Source of the DNA: Paludibacteraceae bacterium
Lineage (GTDB): Bacteria > Bacteroidota > Bacteroidia > Bacteroidales > Paludibacteraceae
Direction: 5' to 3'
DNA length: 64,000 nt
NCBI GenBank assembly: GCA_045612365.1
Contig: JAZKYY010000010.1
Location: 5,431 to 69,430 of the forward strand
Below are positions 20,642 to 31,000 of this stretch, in pieces. The notes beneath the pieces were generated by a model, which made no database searches, was not told the DNA's origin, and was given only the letters and a program-made list of their open reading frames with translations. Each line of letters begins with the position of its first letter. The stretch's first letter is position 1. The translations under genes and the position numbers were made by a program.

Positions 20642-23518
20642 ATGAAAGGATTCCTTAGGCAAATAGCACAGAAATTTTATTCGGAATATGGTGAAGGCAA
20701 TCATCTTTCCGAATTTTTGTTTGTTTTCCCTAATCGTCGTCCAGGATTGTTTTTCAAAAAATATCTTTCCGAATTGGCGACGAAACCAATGTTTTCGCCT
20801 CAGATTTTGACGATAAATGAACTTTTTCAGCAATTTACGTCTTTGAAGCAGGAGGATAATATTGCTTTGTTATTCCGCTTGTTTGAGAGTTTTAAGAAGG
20901 TAGTGCATGCCGATGAGGAGTTTGATCAGTTTGTCTCTTGGGGACAGATGTTACTCAATGACTTTAATGACATTGATAATTATTACGTAGATGCGAGAAA
21001 ACTTTTTCAGAACATTGTTGAGGAGAAAGAGATCTTGGCGAGGTTTGATTTCCTGGATGAAAATTCAGAAGAGTTTCAAATAATAAAACGTTTTTGGAAA
21101 AATATTCCGTTAGAGAAAGAAAGAAAAATATACACACAAAACTTTATCTCTATTTGGAGTAAACTATTTGAGCTGTATGAAACTTTTAAGCAAAGCTTAT
21201 TGAACGATGGTGTTGCTTATGCAGGAATGTTGTGCCGTGATGCTGTTGAAAACCTAGAAAATAGAGAGGTAGAGATTTCTTCTACTAAGGTAGTTTTTGT
21301 TGGCTTCAATGCTTTGAATGGTACGGAAAAAAAGTTGTTTCAAATTTTTAAAGAACGTGTGACGGCAGATTTTTATTGGGATAATTGTTCTAAAATCTTT
21401 TTCGATGGAGAATCTGCAAGTTCAGCTGTGCGATTTTTACAAAAAAATATCCAACTTTTTCCTTCAAAGTTTTCTTTGGAAAGTAAGGATCAACAGAAGG
21501 AAAAATTTGAAGTAATATCTCTTCCTTCCTCGGTTGCACAAGCAAAGCAAGTTTACGAGATAATCGAAAATTTATATACAAAAGAATGTGATAAGAGTTC
21601 TTTAATTGAGACCGCAATTGTACTTCCTGATGAAAAATTGCTTTTGCCTCAACTTTACTCTTTACCAAAATCCATTTTGAAAAAAAATGATAGGGAAGAA
21701 GATGTATGTGTGAATGTAACAATGGGTTATCCGTTGAGCATTGTTCCTATCAATTCATTGGTAGAATATTTGTTTGAATTGCACAGAAATGCTCGTTCGA
21801 AAGATAATGTTATACAGTTTTATTTCAAAAACGTACTGACGATTCTTCGTCATCCTTACGTATATTCCGAAGAGGTTAAGAATTTAATTAATATTATTGT
21901 CAAAGAGAAGAAGTTCTGGATAGAACTTTCTTTTTTTGAGCAAACTGAGTTGTTGAAAGAAATATTTAATATTGTTGAGGAATCTAGCTTTGTAGAATAC
22001 CTTTCTAGGGTTATTCGTTCGTTGCAATCGGTTTGGGTCGAAGGTGAAAATGACTTAGAAAAGGCTTTTGCTTATTGTTATATTACAATTCTTAATCGGG
22101 TTAAGGAGCAAATAGATAAGGCGAAAATATATTTTTCCTTGCCTACGTTGTATTTGATCTTGAAGCAACTTGTAAAAAGTGAGAAGTTTCCTTTCGAAGG
22201 AGAACCGCTTTCAGGATTGCAGATAATGGGCGTTTTAGAAACTCGTTCTTTAGATTTTGAAAATGTAATAATTACTTCACTTAATGAGGATATTTTTCCT
22301 AAAAAGCAATCTGTGGATTCTACCATACCTTATGCCTTTCGGAAGGCATTTGGATTGCCTACTTACGAACATCAAGATGCACTTCAGTCCTATTACTTTT
22401 ATCGTTTAATTGCATCTGCAAAGCGTGTGTTTTTGCTTTACGATTCTCGTACTGATATTAGCGATCATGGAGAAATGAGTCGTTTTATTTATCAGTTGTG
22501 TTATCATTACAATTGGATAGAAATAGGGAATGAGAAAAAGATGTCTTATTCAGTATCTTCAAAAAATGAGAATCCTATAGAGGTTAAGAAAAACGAACAA
22601 GTTATTGAAAAACTGAAAAAAATCAGATTTTCTGCTACTGCGTTGAATGATTATTTACATTGCCCGTTGAAGTTCTATTTTTCAAAGGTTGTAGAAATAA
22701 AGGACAGTAATGAGTTGTCGGAAGAAATTGAGAACGATGTTTTCGGGTCGATAGTCCATTCTACATTGGAAAGTCTCTATAAGGGTTTTAATGAAAAGAA
22801 TGTTGAAGAAAAAGATATTGACATAATCTTAAAAAACGAATCGGAGATTGAAAGTTGCCTAAATAAAGCTTTTGCTAAAGAATATCTAAATAAAAAAGAA
22901 GACGAAAAAGTTGAACTTAAAGGTAGGTTCAGATTGATAGCAGAGATAATAAAAACATACGTCAAAATAGCCTTGAATTTTGATAAAAAAAACGTGCCTT
23001 TTAAATATCTTGGTTCGGAAAAAGAAATAAAAGTTGATTTTTCAACAGGTAAGCAGAAAGTGGAGTTTTATGGGAAAATCGACCGTTTACACCAAAAAGA
23101 TGGGAAGAAGATAGTGGTTGATTACAAAACGGGTTCTTCAAAAAAAATGAAGTTTGATAACGTCGATTCTCTTTTTGAACGGCCTAGGACTAAAAAAGAT
23201 TTAGATGCCATTTTTCAGACCTTCTTTTATGCTTTGTTGTTGAGTTTGAGTGGAGAGGAAGGAACTTTACAGCCGAATGTTTATTATATAAGGTCATTGT
23301 CTAACGATGATTATTCTCCTTTAATTTCTTGTGGTTCAAGCGATGTTGAAGATTTTACTGCTGTGCGACAAGAGTTTGTGGATAAACTCAAAGAGTTGAT
23401 TGACGAAATTTTTGACGAAGAAAGACCTTTTTCGCAAGCAGAAAAAAATTCGGAAGTGTGTAAGTATTGTATGTGTAAGAAAATTTGTGGAAGAGAAAAA
23501 GATAAATATGATTTCTAA
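20642..23518 (+). CDS. PD-(D/E)XK nuclease family protein (AddB-like, inactive-helicase N-terminus)
   Basis: 958 aa. C-terminal RecB-type nuclease motif 'GKIDRL...IVVDYKTG' and a terminal Cys cluster 'CKYCMCKKIC'. Confidence 0.75.
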   Translation: MKGFLRQIAQKFYSEYGEGNHLSEFLFVFPNRRPGLFFKKYLSELATKPMFSPQILTINELFQQFTSLKQEDNIALLFRLFESFKKVVHADEEFDQFVSWGQMLLNDFNDIDNYYVDARKLFQNIVEEKEILARFDFLDENSEEFQIIKRFWKNIPLEKERKIYTQNFISIWSKLFELYETFKQSLLNDGVAYAGMLCRDAVENLENREVEISSTKVVFVGFNALNGTEKKLFQIFKERVTADFYWDNCSKIFFDGESASSAVRFLQKNIQLFPSKFSLESKDQQKEKFEVISLPSSVAQAKQVYEIIENLYTKECDKSSLIETAIVLPDEKLLLPQLYSLPKSILKKNDREEDVCVNVTMGYPLSIVPINSLVEYLFELHRNARSKDNVIQFYFKNVLTILRHPYVYSEEVKNLINIIVKEKKFWIELSFFEQTELLKEIFNIVEESSFVEYLSRVIRSLQSVWVEGENDLEKAFAYCYITILNRVKEQIDKAKIYFSLPTLYLILKQLVKSEKFPFEGEPLSGLQIMGVLETRSLDFENVIITSLNEDIFPKKQSVDSTIPYAFRKAFGLPTYEHQDALQSYYFYRLIASAKRVFLLYDSRTDISDHGEMSRFIYQLCYHYNWIEIGNEKKMSYSVSSKNENPIEVKKNEQVIEKLKKIRFSATALNDYLHCPLKFYFSKVVEIKDSNELSEEIENDVFGSIVHSTLESLYKGFNEKNVEEKDIDIILKNESEIESCLNKAFAKEYLNKKEDEKVELKGRFRLIAEIIKTYVKIALNFDKKNVPFKYLGSEKEIKVDFSTGKQKVEFYGKIDRLHQKDGKKIVVDYKTGSSKKMKFDNVDSLFERPRTKKDLDAIFQTFFYALLLSLSGEEGTLQPNVYYIRSLSNDDYSPLISCGSSDVEDFTAVRQEFVDKLKELIDEIFDEERPFSQAEKNSEVCKYCMCKKICGREKDKYDF

Positions 23519-24944
23519 TAAATTAAAGTATTTGTTTGAAACCTCTACAGGTGAAAAGTTGGATTCTGTCGTAGAACTTTCCGCAGCAGGGAGCAATCGG
23601 AAATATTTTCGATTGAAAGGTGATAAATCTACGCTCATTGGCACTTGTGGTGAATCTATTGATGAAAATAAAGCATTTTGTGAAATTTCTAAACATTTTT
23701 CATCAAAGGGATTAAATGTTCCAAGCGTACTAGCTTTTTCAGACGATTTTTCTTGCTACTTGCAAGAAGATCTTTCCGACGTTTCTCTTTTTGATTGTAT
23801 AGAAAAAGGCCGTAAGGATGGAAATTTTTCTGAAGAAGTAGAATCTTTGTTGAGAAAAACAATTAAATATTTGCCTCGACTTCAGTTCGAAGGAGCAAAG
23901 GATTTTGATTTTTTTATTTGTTATCCAGTTCGAGAGTTTGACAAGAGAAGCATTCTTTGGGATTTGAATTATTTCAAATACAATTTTTTGAAAACTCAGG
24001 CGGTTGATTTCCGAGAAGATTTGTTAGAAGATGATTTTGATACTTTTTCGCAGATGCTTTTGAAGCATAAGACGGATACGTTTCTTTATCGCGATTTTCA
24101 ATCTCGAAATGTGATGATAAAAAACGAGGAACCATTTTTTATTGATTTTCAAGGAGGACGAAAAGGTCCAATTTACTATGATGTAGCTTCGTTTCTTTGG
24201 CAGGCAAGAGCGAATTTTACTGACGCTCTTCGAGAGGAATTAATTGATGTTTATGTTCTTGAAGCACAGAAATATATTGATATTTCTCGTTCGGAGTTTG
24301 AGCAAAATCTCAAGTTGTTCGTTTTTTTTAGAATGCTTCAGGTTTTGGGGGCGTATGGTTTTAGAGGGTATTTTGAACGAAAAAAACATTTTATTCAAAG
24401 TATTCCTTTTGCAATAGAAAATTTAAAGAATTTTCTTCCTAAACTTCCATCGGATTTCTGCCCGTATTTACTTGGGCTTCTTAATAAATTGGTGAACAAA
24501 ACTTCTCAAAACTTAAAAAAGCAGGATTTGTCAAATCAAAACTGCTTGAAAGTGAGAGTGATGAGTTTTTCATATAAGAAAGGGATTCCAGTTGATGAAA
24601 GCGGAAATGGAGGCGGATATGTTTTCGATTGCAGAGGAATTCATAATCCAGGACGTTACGAACCATATAAAAAGCTAACAGGAAAGGATGATTCTGTAAT
24701 TGAGTTCTTAGAAAAAAATGGAGAAATTTTGACTTTCTTGGAGTCTGTTTACAAGTTGGCGAGTTCGCACGTCGAAAACTATCTTGAGCGTGGTTTTGAG
24801 AATTTAATGTTTTGTTTCGGATGCACTGGAGGACAACATCGTTCAGTTTATTCTGCGGAACATTTGGCGCAATATATTAGCAATAAATATAAGGTTCAGG
24901 TAATTCTTGAGCATAGAGAACAAAATGAAAAAATAATACTATGA
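23508..24944 (+). CDS. Fusion protein: APH/choline-kinase-like phosphotransferase domain plus RapZ C-terminal-like domain
   Basis: N-terminal 'GSNRKYFRL' and 'YRDFQSRNVMI...IDFQ' kinase motifs. C-terminal 'VRVMSFSYKKGIP...VFDCRGIHNPG...GCTGGQHRSV' resembles the RapZ C-domain. The ATG at 23508 is preferred and overlaps the upstream stop by 11 nt. Confidence 0.7.
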   Translation: MISNKLKYLFETSTGEKLDSVVELSAAGSNRKYFRLKGDKSTLIGTCGESIDENKAFCEISKHFSSKGLNVPSVLAFSDDFSCYLQEDLSDVSLFDCIEKGRKDGNFSEEVESLLRKTIKYLPRLQFEGAKDFDFFICYPVREFDKRSILWDLNYFKYNFLKTQAVDFREDLLEDDFDTFSQMLLKHKTDTFLYRDFQSRNVMIKNEEPFFIDFQGGRKGPIYYDVASFLWQARANFTDALREELIDVYVLEAQKYIDISRSEFEQNLKLFVFFRMLQVLGAYGFRGYFERKKHFIQSIPFAIENLKNFLPKLPSDFCPYLLGLLNKLVNKTSQNLKKQDLSNQNCLKVRVMSFSYKKGIPVDESGNGGGYVFDCRGIHNPGRYEPYKKLTGKDDSVIEFLEKNGEILTFLESVYKLASSHVENYLERGFENLMFCFGCTGGQHRSVYSAEHLAQYISNKYKVQVILEHREQNEKIIL

Positions 24945-27001
24945 AGAAGATATTTATTGTTGTTATAATGCAAGTTTTTTGTTTTACAGTTTTCTCTAAA
25001 ACTGTAAAAGTGGCTTGTGTAGGAAATAGCATTACTTATGGAATGACTATTGAGAATCGAGAGGAGTTTTCGTATCCATCTCAGTTGCAAGGAATGCTAG
25101 GAGAAGGTTTCGAGGTTGGTAATTTTGGAAAGTCAGGAGCAACATTACTATATAAGGGACATCGACCTTATGTGGAGCAAGAAGAATTCCGAAAAGCAAT
25201 GGATTTTGCTGGTGATATTGTGGTGATTCACTTGGGAACCAACGATACGGATCCTCGTAATTGGCCAAACTATAGAGATGAATTTATTGGTGATTATCGT
25301 GCATTGATGGATTCGTTTAAGCTAGTAAATCCAAAATGTAAATTTATTCTTGCTCGTTTGTCTCCAATATCGCATCGTCATGTACGTTTTGAGTCTGGGA
25401 CGAGAGATTGGTTGGCACAAATTCAGGAAACGGTGGAGACTATTGCAAAAACAACAGGTGCTCAATTAATCGATTTTCACGCGCCATTGTATCCTTATCC
25501 TAATTTTATTCCGGATGGGCTTCATCCTAATGCTCAAGGAGCAAGAATTTTAGCAAAAACAGTTTATAAAGCAATAACAGGTGATTTTGGCGGTTTGCAA
25601 ATGCCAGAAGTTTACTCTGACAATATGGTGCTTCAGAGAAATACTAATCTAGTGATTCGAGGATTTGCGGATGCAGGAGAAAAAGTTACTGTTTCTATTG
25701 ACAAACAAAAAGTTTCTGCTGTGACATCTTCTTCTGGCGAATGGCAAGTTGAACTAAAACCTCTTCCTGTTGGTGAAAATTATGAGTTGAATATATCAAC
25801 AAAAAAAAGAAGTCTAGTCTATAAAAATGTTGCAGTTGGAGAGGTTTGGCTTTGTTCTGGTCAGTCAAATATGGAATTTCATTTGAGTAGTTGTGCAACT
25901 GCGGCTAAAGATATCCCATTGGTCGGAAACTCTTCTATTCGTTTGTTTGATATGAAAGAAAACTGGCGAACCGACGCAGTAGAATGGAGTGCTTCAGCTC
26001 TAGATTCTCTTAATCATCTTATGCATTACGCTCCATCAAAATGGGAGGTTTGTGCACCAGAAGTAGCATCAGATTTTTCGGCTGTGGCTTACTATTTTGG
26101 AAAAATGCTTCAAGATTCTTTGCAAGTTCCGGTAGGATTAATTTGTAATGCAGTGGGTGGCTCGCCTACGGAGGCTTGGGTTGATAGGAGAACGTTGGAG
26201 TATGATTTTCCTTCTATTTTGAGAAATTGGACAGAAAATGACTTTGTTCAACCATGGGTTAGGGAACGTGCGAAGTTGAATATGAAAAATTCAACAGACA
26301 AACTGCAACGTCATCCATATGAACCTTGCTATTTGTTTGAGTCTGGGATTATACCTCTGAAAGGGTTTGCTGTGAAAGGTGTTATTTGGTATCAAGGAGA
26401 GTCAAATGCGCATAATGTTGAAGCTCACGAGAAATTGTTTGGACTTTTAGTGAAAAGTTGGCGAAATTTTTGGAACAATGATGAAATGCCTTTCTATTTT
26501 GTTCAGCTTTCAAGTATTAATCGCCCTTCTTGGCCTTGGTTTAGAGATAGCCAACGCCGTTTGATGAACGAGATATCTAATACGGCAATGGCGGTCAGTT
26601 CAGATAAAGGCGATTATTGGGATGTTCACCCAACTCAAAAAAAAGAAATAGGAGAACGACTCTCTCTTTGGGCATTGAGTAAAACGTATGGTTTCAAAAA
26701 AGTGGTACCCTCTGGTCCGTTGTTTAGTGGAGTTACTCTTAAGAAAGGTTATGCTTTGGTTTCATTTGCTTATGCCAAAGGTTTACATACTTCAGATGGA
26801 GAAGCATTAAGAACGTTTGAAATAGCAGGAGAGGATGAAATTTTTTATCCAGCACAGGCAGAAATACAGGGAGAAATGGTAAAAGTTTGGAATAAAAATG
26901 TAAAGAATCCTAAATTTGTACGTTATGCTTGGCAACCTTTTACTGAAGCCAATCTGGTAAATGGTGCTGATTTGCCAGCTTCGACATTCAGAAGTAAATA
27001 G
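24941..27001 (+). CDS. Sialate O-acetylesterase (SGNH domain plus SASA domain)
   Basis: Signal peptide, SGNH block I 'VACVGNSITYG', 'DGLHPN', and the SASA-domain 'WLCSGQSNME' and 'IWYQGESN'. Confidence 0.8.
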   Translation: MKKIFIVVIMQVFCFTVFSKTVKVACVGNSITYGMTIENREEFSYPSQLQGMLGEGFEVGNFGKSGATLLYKGHRPYVEQEEFRKAMDFAGDIVVIHLGTNDTDPRNWPNYRDEFIGDYRALMDSFKLVNPKCKFILARLSPISHRHVRFESGTRDWLAQIQETVETIAKTTGAQLIDFHAPLYPYPNFIPDGLHPNAQGARILAKTVYKAITGDFGGLQMPEVYSDNMVLQRNTNLVIRGFADAGEKVTVSIDKQKVSAVTSSSGEWQVELKPLPVGENYELNISTKKRSLVYKNVAVGEVWLCSGQSNMEFHLSSCATAAKDIPLVGNSSIRLFDMKENWRTDAVEWSASALDSLNHLMHYAPSKWEVCAPEVASDFSAVAYYFGKMLQDSLQVPVGLICNAVGGSPTEAWVDRRTLEYDFPSILRNWTENDFVQPWVRERAKLNMKNSTDKLQRHPYEPCYLFESGIIPLKGFAVKGVIWYQGESNAHNVEAHEKLFGLLVKSWRNFWNNDEMPFYFVQLSSINRPSWPWFRDSQRRLMNEISNTAMAVSSDKGDYWDVHPTQKKEIGERLSLWALSKTYGFKKVVPSGPLFSGVTLKKGYALVSFAYAKGLHTSDGEALRTFEIAGEDEIFYPAQAEIQGEMVKVWNKNVKNPKFVRYAWQPFTEANLVNGADLPASTFRSK

Positions 27002-27093
27002 ATGTTTTTTTTGTTAAATATAACTAAATTCTATTTTTTTAGTGTTTTTTTTTACAAAAAGATATTTTTTTTGAAGATTTGGTATTTTTTTTC

Positions 27094-27101
27094 TACTTTT
27101 G
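27094..27101 (+). promoter_or_regulatory. Bacteroidota -7 promoter element (TAnnTTTG)
   Basis: 'TACTTTTG' ends 37 nt upstream of the gdhA ATG. Confidence 0.5.
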
Positions 27102-27137
27102 CAGTCTATTTAATGATAAAAATCTAAATATATAGTT

Positions 27138-28475
27138 ATGAATGTAAAAACAGTTTTAGCAGATTTACAAAGAAGATTTCCGAATGAACCGGAATATCAT
27201 CAAGCAGTAGAAGAGGTGTTGGGAACCATCGAAGAAGTTTATAATCAACATCCTGAGTTTGAAAAAGCAAATTTAATTGAGCGTTTGTGTATTCCAGATC
27301 GCGTGTTCACATTCCGTGTTACATGGACAGATGATAAGGGAAATGTTCAAACAAATATGGGTTATCGTGTTCAACACAACAATGCTATTGGCCCTTACAA
27401 AGGTGGTATTCGTTTCCACTCTTCAGTTAATGTGGGAATTTTGAAGTTTTTGGCATTTGAACAAACATTCAAAAACTCTTTGACAACTCTTCCAATGGGT
27501 GGTGGTAAAGGTGGTTCTGACTTCAGCCCCAAAGGAAAATCTAATGCTGAAATTATGCGTTTCTGCCAAGCATTTGTTCTTGAATTGTGGCGTCATATTG
27601 GTCCTCAAACTGACGTTCCTGCTGGAGATATTGGTGTTGGTGGCCGTGAAGTAGCTTATATGTACGGAATGTACAAAAAATTGGCACAAGAAAATACAGG
27701 AACTTTCACTGGTAAAGGTTTGGAATTTGGAGGTTCTTTGATTCGTCCAGAAGCTACTGGTTATGGAAATATCTACTTCTTGATGAATATGCTTGAACGC
27801 AAAGGAATCAAAGATTTGAAAGGTCAAACTATTTGTATTTCTGGTTCTGGAAATGTGGCAACATATACTGCACAAAAAGCTATTGAGTTGGGTGGTAAGG
27901 TTGTAACAATGTCTGACTCTAACGGATATATCTACGATCCAGACGGAATAACTCAAGAAAAATTGGATTACATTTTTGAATTGAAAAATGTATATCGTGG
28001 CCGTATTAAAGAATATGCTGAAAAATATGGTTGCAAATATGTTGAAGGAGGTCGTCCATGGGGAGAAAAATGTACAATTGCATTGCCTTCTGCTACACAA
28101 AATGAGTTGAATGGAGAGGATGCAAAAAAACTTGTTGCAAATGGCGTTATTGCAGTTTCTGAAGGAGCAAATATGCCTTCTACTCCTGAAGCAATTGAAG
28201 TTTTCTTGAATGCAAAAATATTGTATGCTCCTGGAAAAGCAGCTAATGCCGGTGGTGTATCTGTTTCAGGATTGGAAATGACTCAAAATTCTATGAAAAT
28301 TTCGTGGACCAAAGAAGAAGTTGATTCGAAACTAAAAGCAATCATGAAGGATATTCACGAAGCTTGTATCAAATATGGTTCAGAAGCCGATGGCTATGTG
28401 AACTATGTTAAAGGTGCAAACATTGCTGGATTTATGAAAGTCGCTAAAGCAATGATGGCTCAAGGAATATTGTAA
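27138..28475 (+). CDS. gdhA: NAD(P)-specific glutamate dehydrogenase
   Basis: 'LPMGGGKGGSDF' catalytic Lys motif and the 'GSGNVA' dinucleotide fold. 445 aa. Confidence 0.95.
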   Translation: MNVKTVLADLQRRFPNEPEYHQAVEEVLGTIEEVYNQHPEFEKANLIERLCIPDRVFTFRVTWTDDKGNVQTNMGYRVQHNNAIGPYKGGIRFHSSVNVGILKFLAFEQTFKNSLTTLPMGGGKGGSDFSPKGKSNAEIMRFCQAFVLELWRHIGPQTDVPAGDIGVGGREVAYMYGMYKKLAQENTGTFTGKGLEFGGSLIRPEATGYGNIYFLMNMLERKGIKDLKGQTICISGSGNVATYTAQKAIELGGKVVTMSDSNGYIYDPDGITQEKLDYIFELKNVYRGRIKEYAEKYGCKYVEGGRPWGEKCTIALPSATQNELNGEDAKKLVANGVIAVSEGANMPSTPEAIEVFLNAKILYAPGKAANAGGVSVSGLEMTQNSMKISWTKEEVDSKLKAIMKDIHEACIKYGSEADGYVNYVKGANIAGFMKVAKAMMAQGIL

Positions 28476-28493
28476 GAAGATATTTTGATAGAG

Positions 28494-28526
28494 AAAAAAA
28501 GGAGAAATAGTTTCTCCTTTTTTTTG
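28494..28526. terminator. Bidirectional rho-independent terminator (gdhA / rarA)
   Basis: Stem AAAGGAGAAA/TTTCTCCTTT (28498-28520), with an A-run upstream and a T-run downstream. Confidence 0.85.
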
Positions 28527-28536
28527 TACTTATAAA

Positions 28537-29808
28537 TTATACTTTATAACGATCTTCCCATAAAAAGTTGAGCCATTCTCCCATTTTTTTCTCTTGTGGA
28601 GATCCTTGAATTTCCCAAAACTTCATTGATTCTGCTTCGTTAGGCAAAAAGTCTTGTTTCGCAAAGTGGTTTTTGTAATCGTGAGAGTATCTGTAGTTTT
28701 CTCCATATCCAAGCTCTTTCATTAGTCGTGTTGGTGCATTCCGAAGAGAAAGAGGAACTGGTAGATTTCCAGATGATTTAACAAAATCTAAGGCTTTGTC
28801 GATGGCAAGATAAGCCGAATTGCTTTTTTGAGATGCGGCAAGATAAATTGTGGTTTCGGCAAGAATTATTCTTCCTTCTGGCCAGCCAATTTTTTGCAAA
28901 GCCTCGAAACATGAATTTGCGAGTAGTAAGGCATTGGGGTTTGCTAGTCCAATATCTTCCGCAGCAGAAATGATGAGTCTTCGGGCAATAAATTTAGGGT
29001 CTTCTCCTCCTGCTATCATTCTTGCTAACCAATATATGGCAGCATCTGGATCGCTCCCACGAATAGATTTTATAAATGCAGAAATAATATCGTAATGTAA
29101 TTCTCCGTTTTTGTCGTAATCGGAAAAATTTTGTTGAAGTTTTTCGGTAATAAGGTCGTCTGTTATTTCGATATCTCCCTCAGGATTGGAATTTGTTACT
29201 AATTCTATAATATTCAATAACTTTCTAGCATCTCCACCGGAATATCTAAAAAGAGCATTTTCTTCTTTTATCTCAATTTTGCGTTTTTTTAATTCACTAT
29301 CAAAAGTTAAAGCTCTTTCTAATAATCTTTTTAGGTCGTCTTTTTCAAAGGACTTAAGTACAAAAACTTGGCAACGAGAAAGTAGTGGTGTGATGATTTC
29401 AAAAGAAGGATTCTCTGTTGTTGCTCCAATGAGTATAAAAATTCCTTTTTCTATTGCGCCAAGAAGAGAGTCTTGTTGCGATTTGCTAAAGCGATGAATT
29501 TCGTCGATAAAAAGTATAGGAACTTTATGATCAAAAAAACGAGTATTTTTTGCTTTTTCAATAATTTCTCGCACATCTTTTACTCCTGAGGTTACTGCGC
29601 TAAGTGTGTAGAAAGGTCTGTTTAATTGTTCCGAAATAATTTGAGCTAATGTGGTTTTCCCTACACCGGGAGGACCCCATAAGATAAATGAGGATACTTT
29701 TCCAGAATCAATCATTTGTCGTAAAATGGCATCTTTTCCCACGAGATGGGTTTGCCCGATATATTCATCGATATTTCTAGGTCTAATGCGCTCGGCTAAA
29801 GGTTTCAT
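28537..29808 (-). CDS. rarA: Replication-associated recombination protein A (MgsA/RarA AAA+ ATPase)
   Basis: Walker A 'GPPGVGKTTLA', Walker B 'ILFIDEIHRF', 'GATTENP', and the C-terminal MgsA domain 'YWLARM'. Confidence 0.93.
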   Translation of the reverse strand: MKPLAERIRPRNIDEYIGQTHLVGKDAILRQMIDSGKVSSFILWGPPGVGKTTLAQIISEQLNRPFYTLSAVTSGVKDVREIIEKAKNTRFFDHKVPILFIDEIHRFSKSQQDSLLGAIEKGIFILIGATTENPSFEIITPLLSRCQVFVLKSFEKDDLKRLLERALTFDSELKKRKIEIKEENALFRYSGGDARKLLNIIELVTNSNPEGDIEITDDLITEKLQQNFSDYDKNGELHYDIISAFIKSIRGSDPDAAIYWLARMIAGGEDPKFIARRLIISAAEDIGLANPNALLLANSCFEALQKIGWPEGRIILAETTIYLAASQKSNSAYLAIDKALDFVKSSGNLPVPLSLRNAPTRLMKELGYGENYRYSHDYKNHFAKQDFLPNEAESMKFWEIQGSPQEKKMGEWLNFLWEDRYKV

Positions 29809-29896
29809 ATAGATGTTATTGTGCTACAAAATTAAAAAAAGTATTTTTTCTTTACAAAAATGCAATATAGTGTGTTGATGTAAAAGAAAAACTTTT

Positions 29897-29904
29897 TATC
29901 TTTG
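29897..29904 (+). promoter_or_regulatory. Bacteroidota -7 promoter element (TAnnTTTG)
   Basis: 'TATCTTTG' ends 41 nt upstream of the ATG at 29945. Confidence 0.45.
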
Positions 29905-29944
29905 CTACGTTTTTTAGGTATTTCAAAGTAAAAAAAAGAAAAAT

Positions 29945-30901
29945 ATGATGAAAAAAATTGCATTTATCGTGGTTGTTGCAATGTGTGCTTTTTGGTCATG
30001 CAACAAGGAAAGTGTGAATACTCCTATTGAGAAAATTGAATTTGGCTTTGTTCCAGAAGACAAATCAATTATTGAAAAATATGGCATTAAGGAAGATGGT
30101 ATCTTTGTTGGTGTTAATAACACAAAAGTTACGAATGTAAATCAATTCCCTGTTTATGCAAAAAGAACGGATTTGAAGTATTCTTCTGCAAAACCAGCAA
30201 TTGCAAAAATTGACGAGCGTGGTATTATTACAGGTATTGGAAAAGGGGTAACATCTGTGTATGCAGAGTCTGTTGATGGTAGTTTAAAAACAGAACTTAA
30301 GGTTTATGTTGATACAGTTTCGGTTGAGAAAGTTACTATTTCATGTAAAGCAAGTTCTTTCGATGACCATCTTGAACAACAAAAGGATACTTTGTTTTTG
30401 AATGATACTGCAGTTTTTTCTGTTGTGACAGAACCTCTTGAAGCTTCATTTGCCGATTATGTTTGGACATCTAGTGATCCTAACATTTTAGAAGTGAATG
30501 GCAATGTTGTTAAAGCGAAAGGCAATGGAGTTGCAACCCTAACAGGAAACTTGAAATACAAAGGAACAGATGCTACTAAGCAAGTGTATACTTGGAATGT
30601 AGAAGAAGCTCCTTTGAAATCGATAGGTTTTGCGAAGAGAAAAACATTTGTTAAGATTCTTCCTCAGGAATATCAACCAGTAAGCATTGTTTTTGATCCT
30701 CAATATGCAAGTAATAAATCTTATACTACAGAATATTATGAGGCGAACAAGCTTACAGAAAAGAAAAATTATTCAATTATTATAGAGAAGGGTTTCTTGT
30801 ATGTAGTTAGCGATGTGAACAATGACACTACTTGGGTAGTTCTAAAATCGGGATCTGTTGTGTCTGATACTACGTTCTTTATGATAAGAAGAGTTGAGTA
30901 A
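29945..30901 (+). CDS. Ig-like (Big_2-type) domain lipoprotein
   Basis: Lipobox 'AFWSC'. Two segments resemble Big_2 ('SSAKPAIAKIDERGIITGIGKGVTSVYA' and 'WTSSDPNILEVNGNVVKAKGNGVATLTG'). Confidence 0.6.
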   Translation: MMKKIAFIVVVAMCAFWSCNKESVNTPIEKIEFGFVPEDKSIIEKYGIKEDGIFVGVNNTKVTNVNQFPVYAKRTDLKYSSAKPAIAKIDERGIITGIGKGVTSVYAESVDGSLKTELKVYVDTVSVEKVTISCKASSFDDHLEQQKDTLFLNDTAVFSVVTEPLEASFADYVWTSSDPNILEVNGNVVKAKGNGVATLTGNLKYKGTDATKQVYTWNVEEAPLKSIGFAKRKTFVKILPQEYQPVSIVFDPQYASNKSYTTEYYEANKLTEKKNYSIIIEKGFLYVVSDVNNDTTWVVLKSGSVVSDTTFFMIRRVE

Positions 30902-30927
30902 TATAAATGGTAAGTGTATGATCTAAT

Positions 30928-30958
30928 AAAAAAAGAGAAGTCTTGCTTCTCTTTTTTT
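30928..30958 (+). terminator. Rho-independent terminator
   Basis: Stem AAAGAGAAG/CTTCTCTTT (30932-30954) plus a T-run. It lies inside the 5' extension the ORF track gives the sialidase, which argues for the ATG at 31001. Confidence 0.8.
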
Positions 30959-31000
30959 GTTTCTAGAAATATAAATCTGTATTTGTTAATTTTATATACT

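Noticed and set aside
27423-28100. 225-aa minus-strand ORF, the longest shadow ORF in the window.
   Set aside because: It lies fully within gdhA, whose identity is unambiguous (GGGKGG motif and full-length similarity pattern). The ORF has no recognisable motifs.
30914-31000. 5' extension of the sialidase ORF (MYDLIKKEKSCFSFF...).
   Set aside because: The extension runs through a clear rho-independent terminator (30928-30958). The ATG at 31001 gives a proper signal/anchor sequence.
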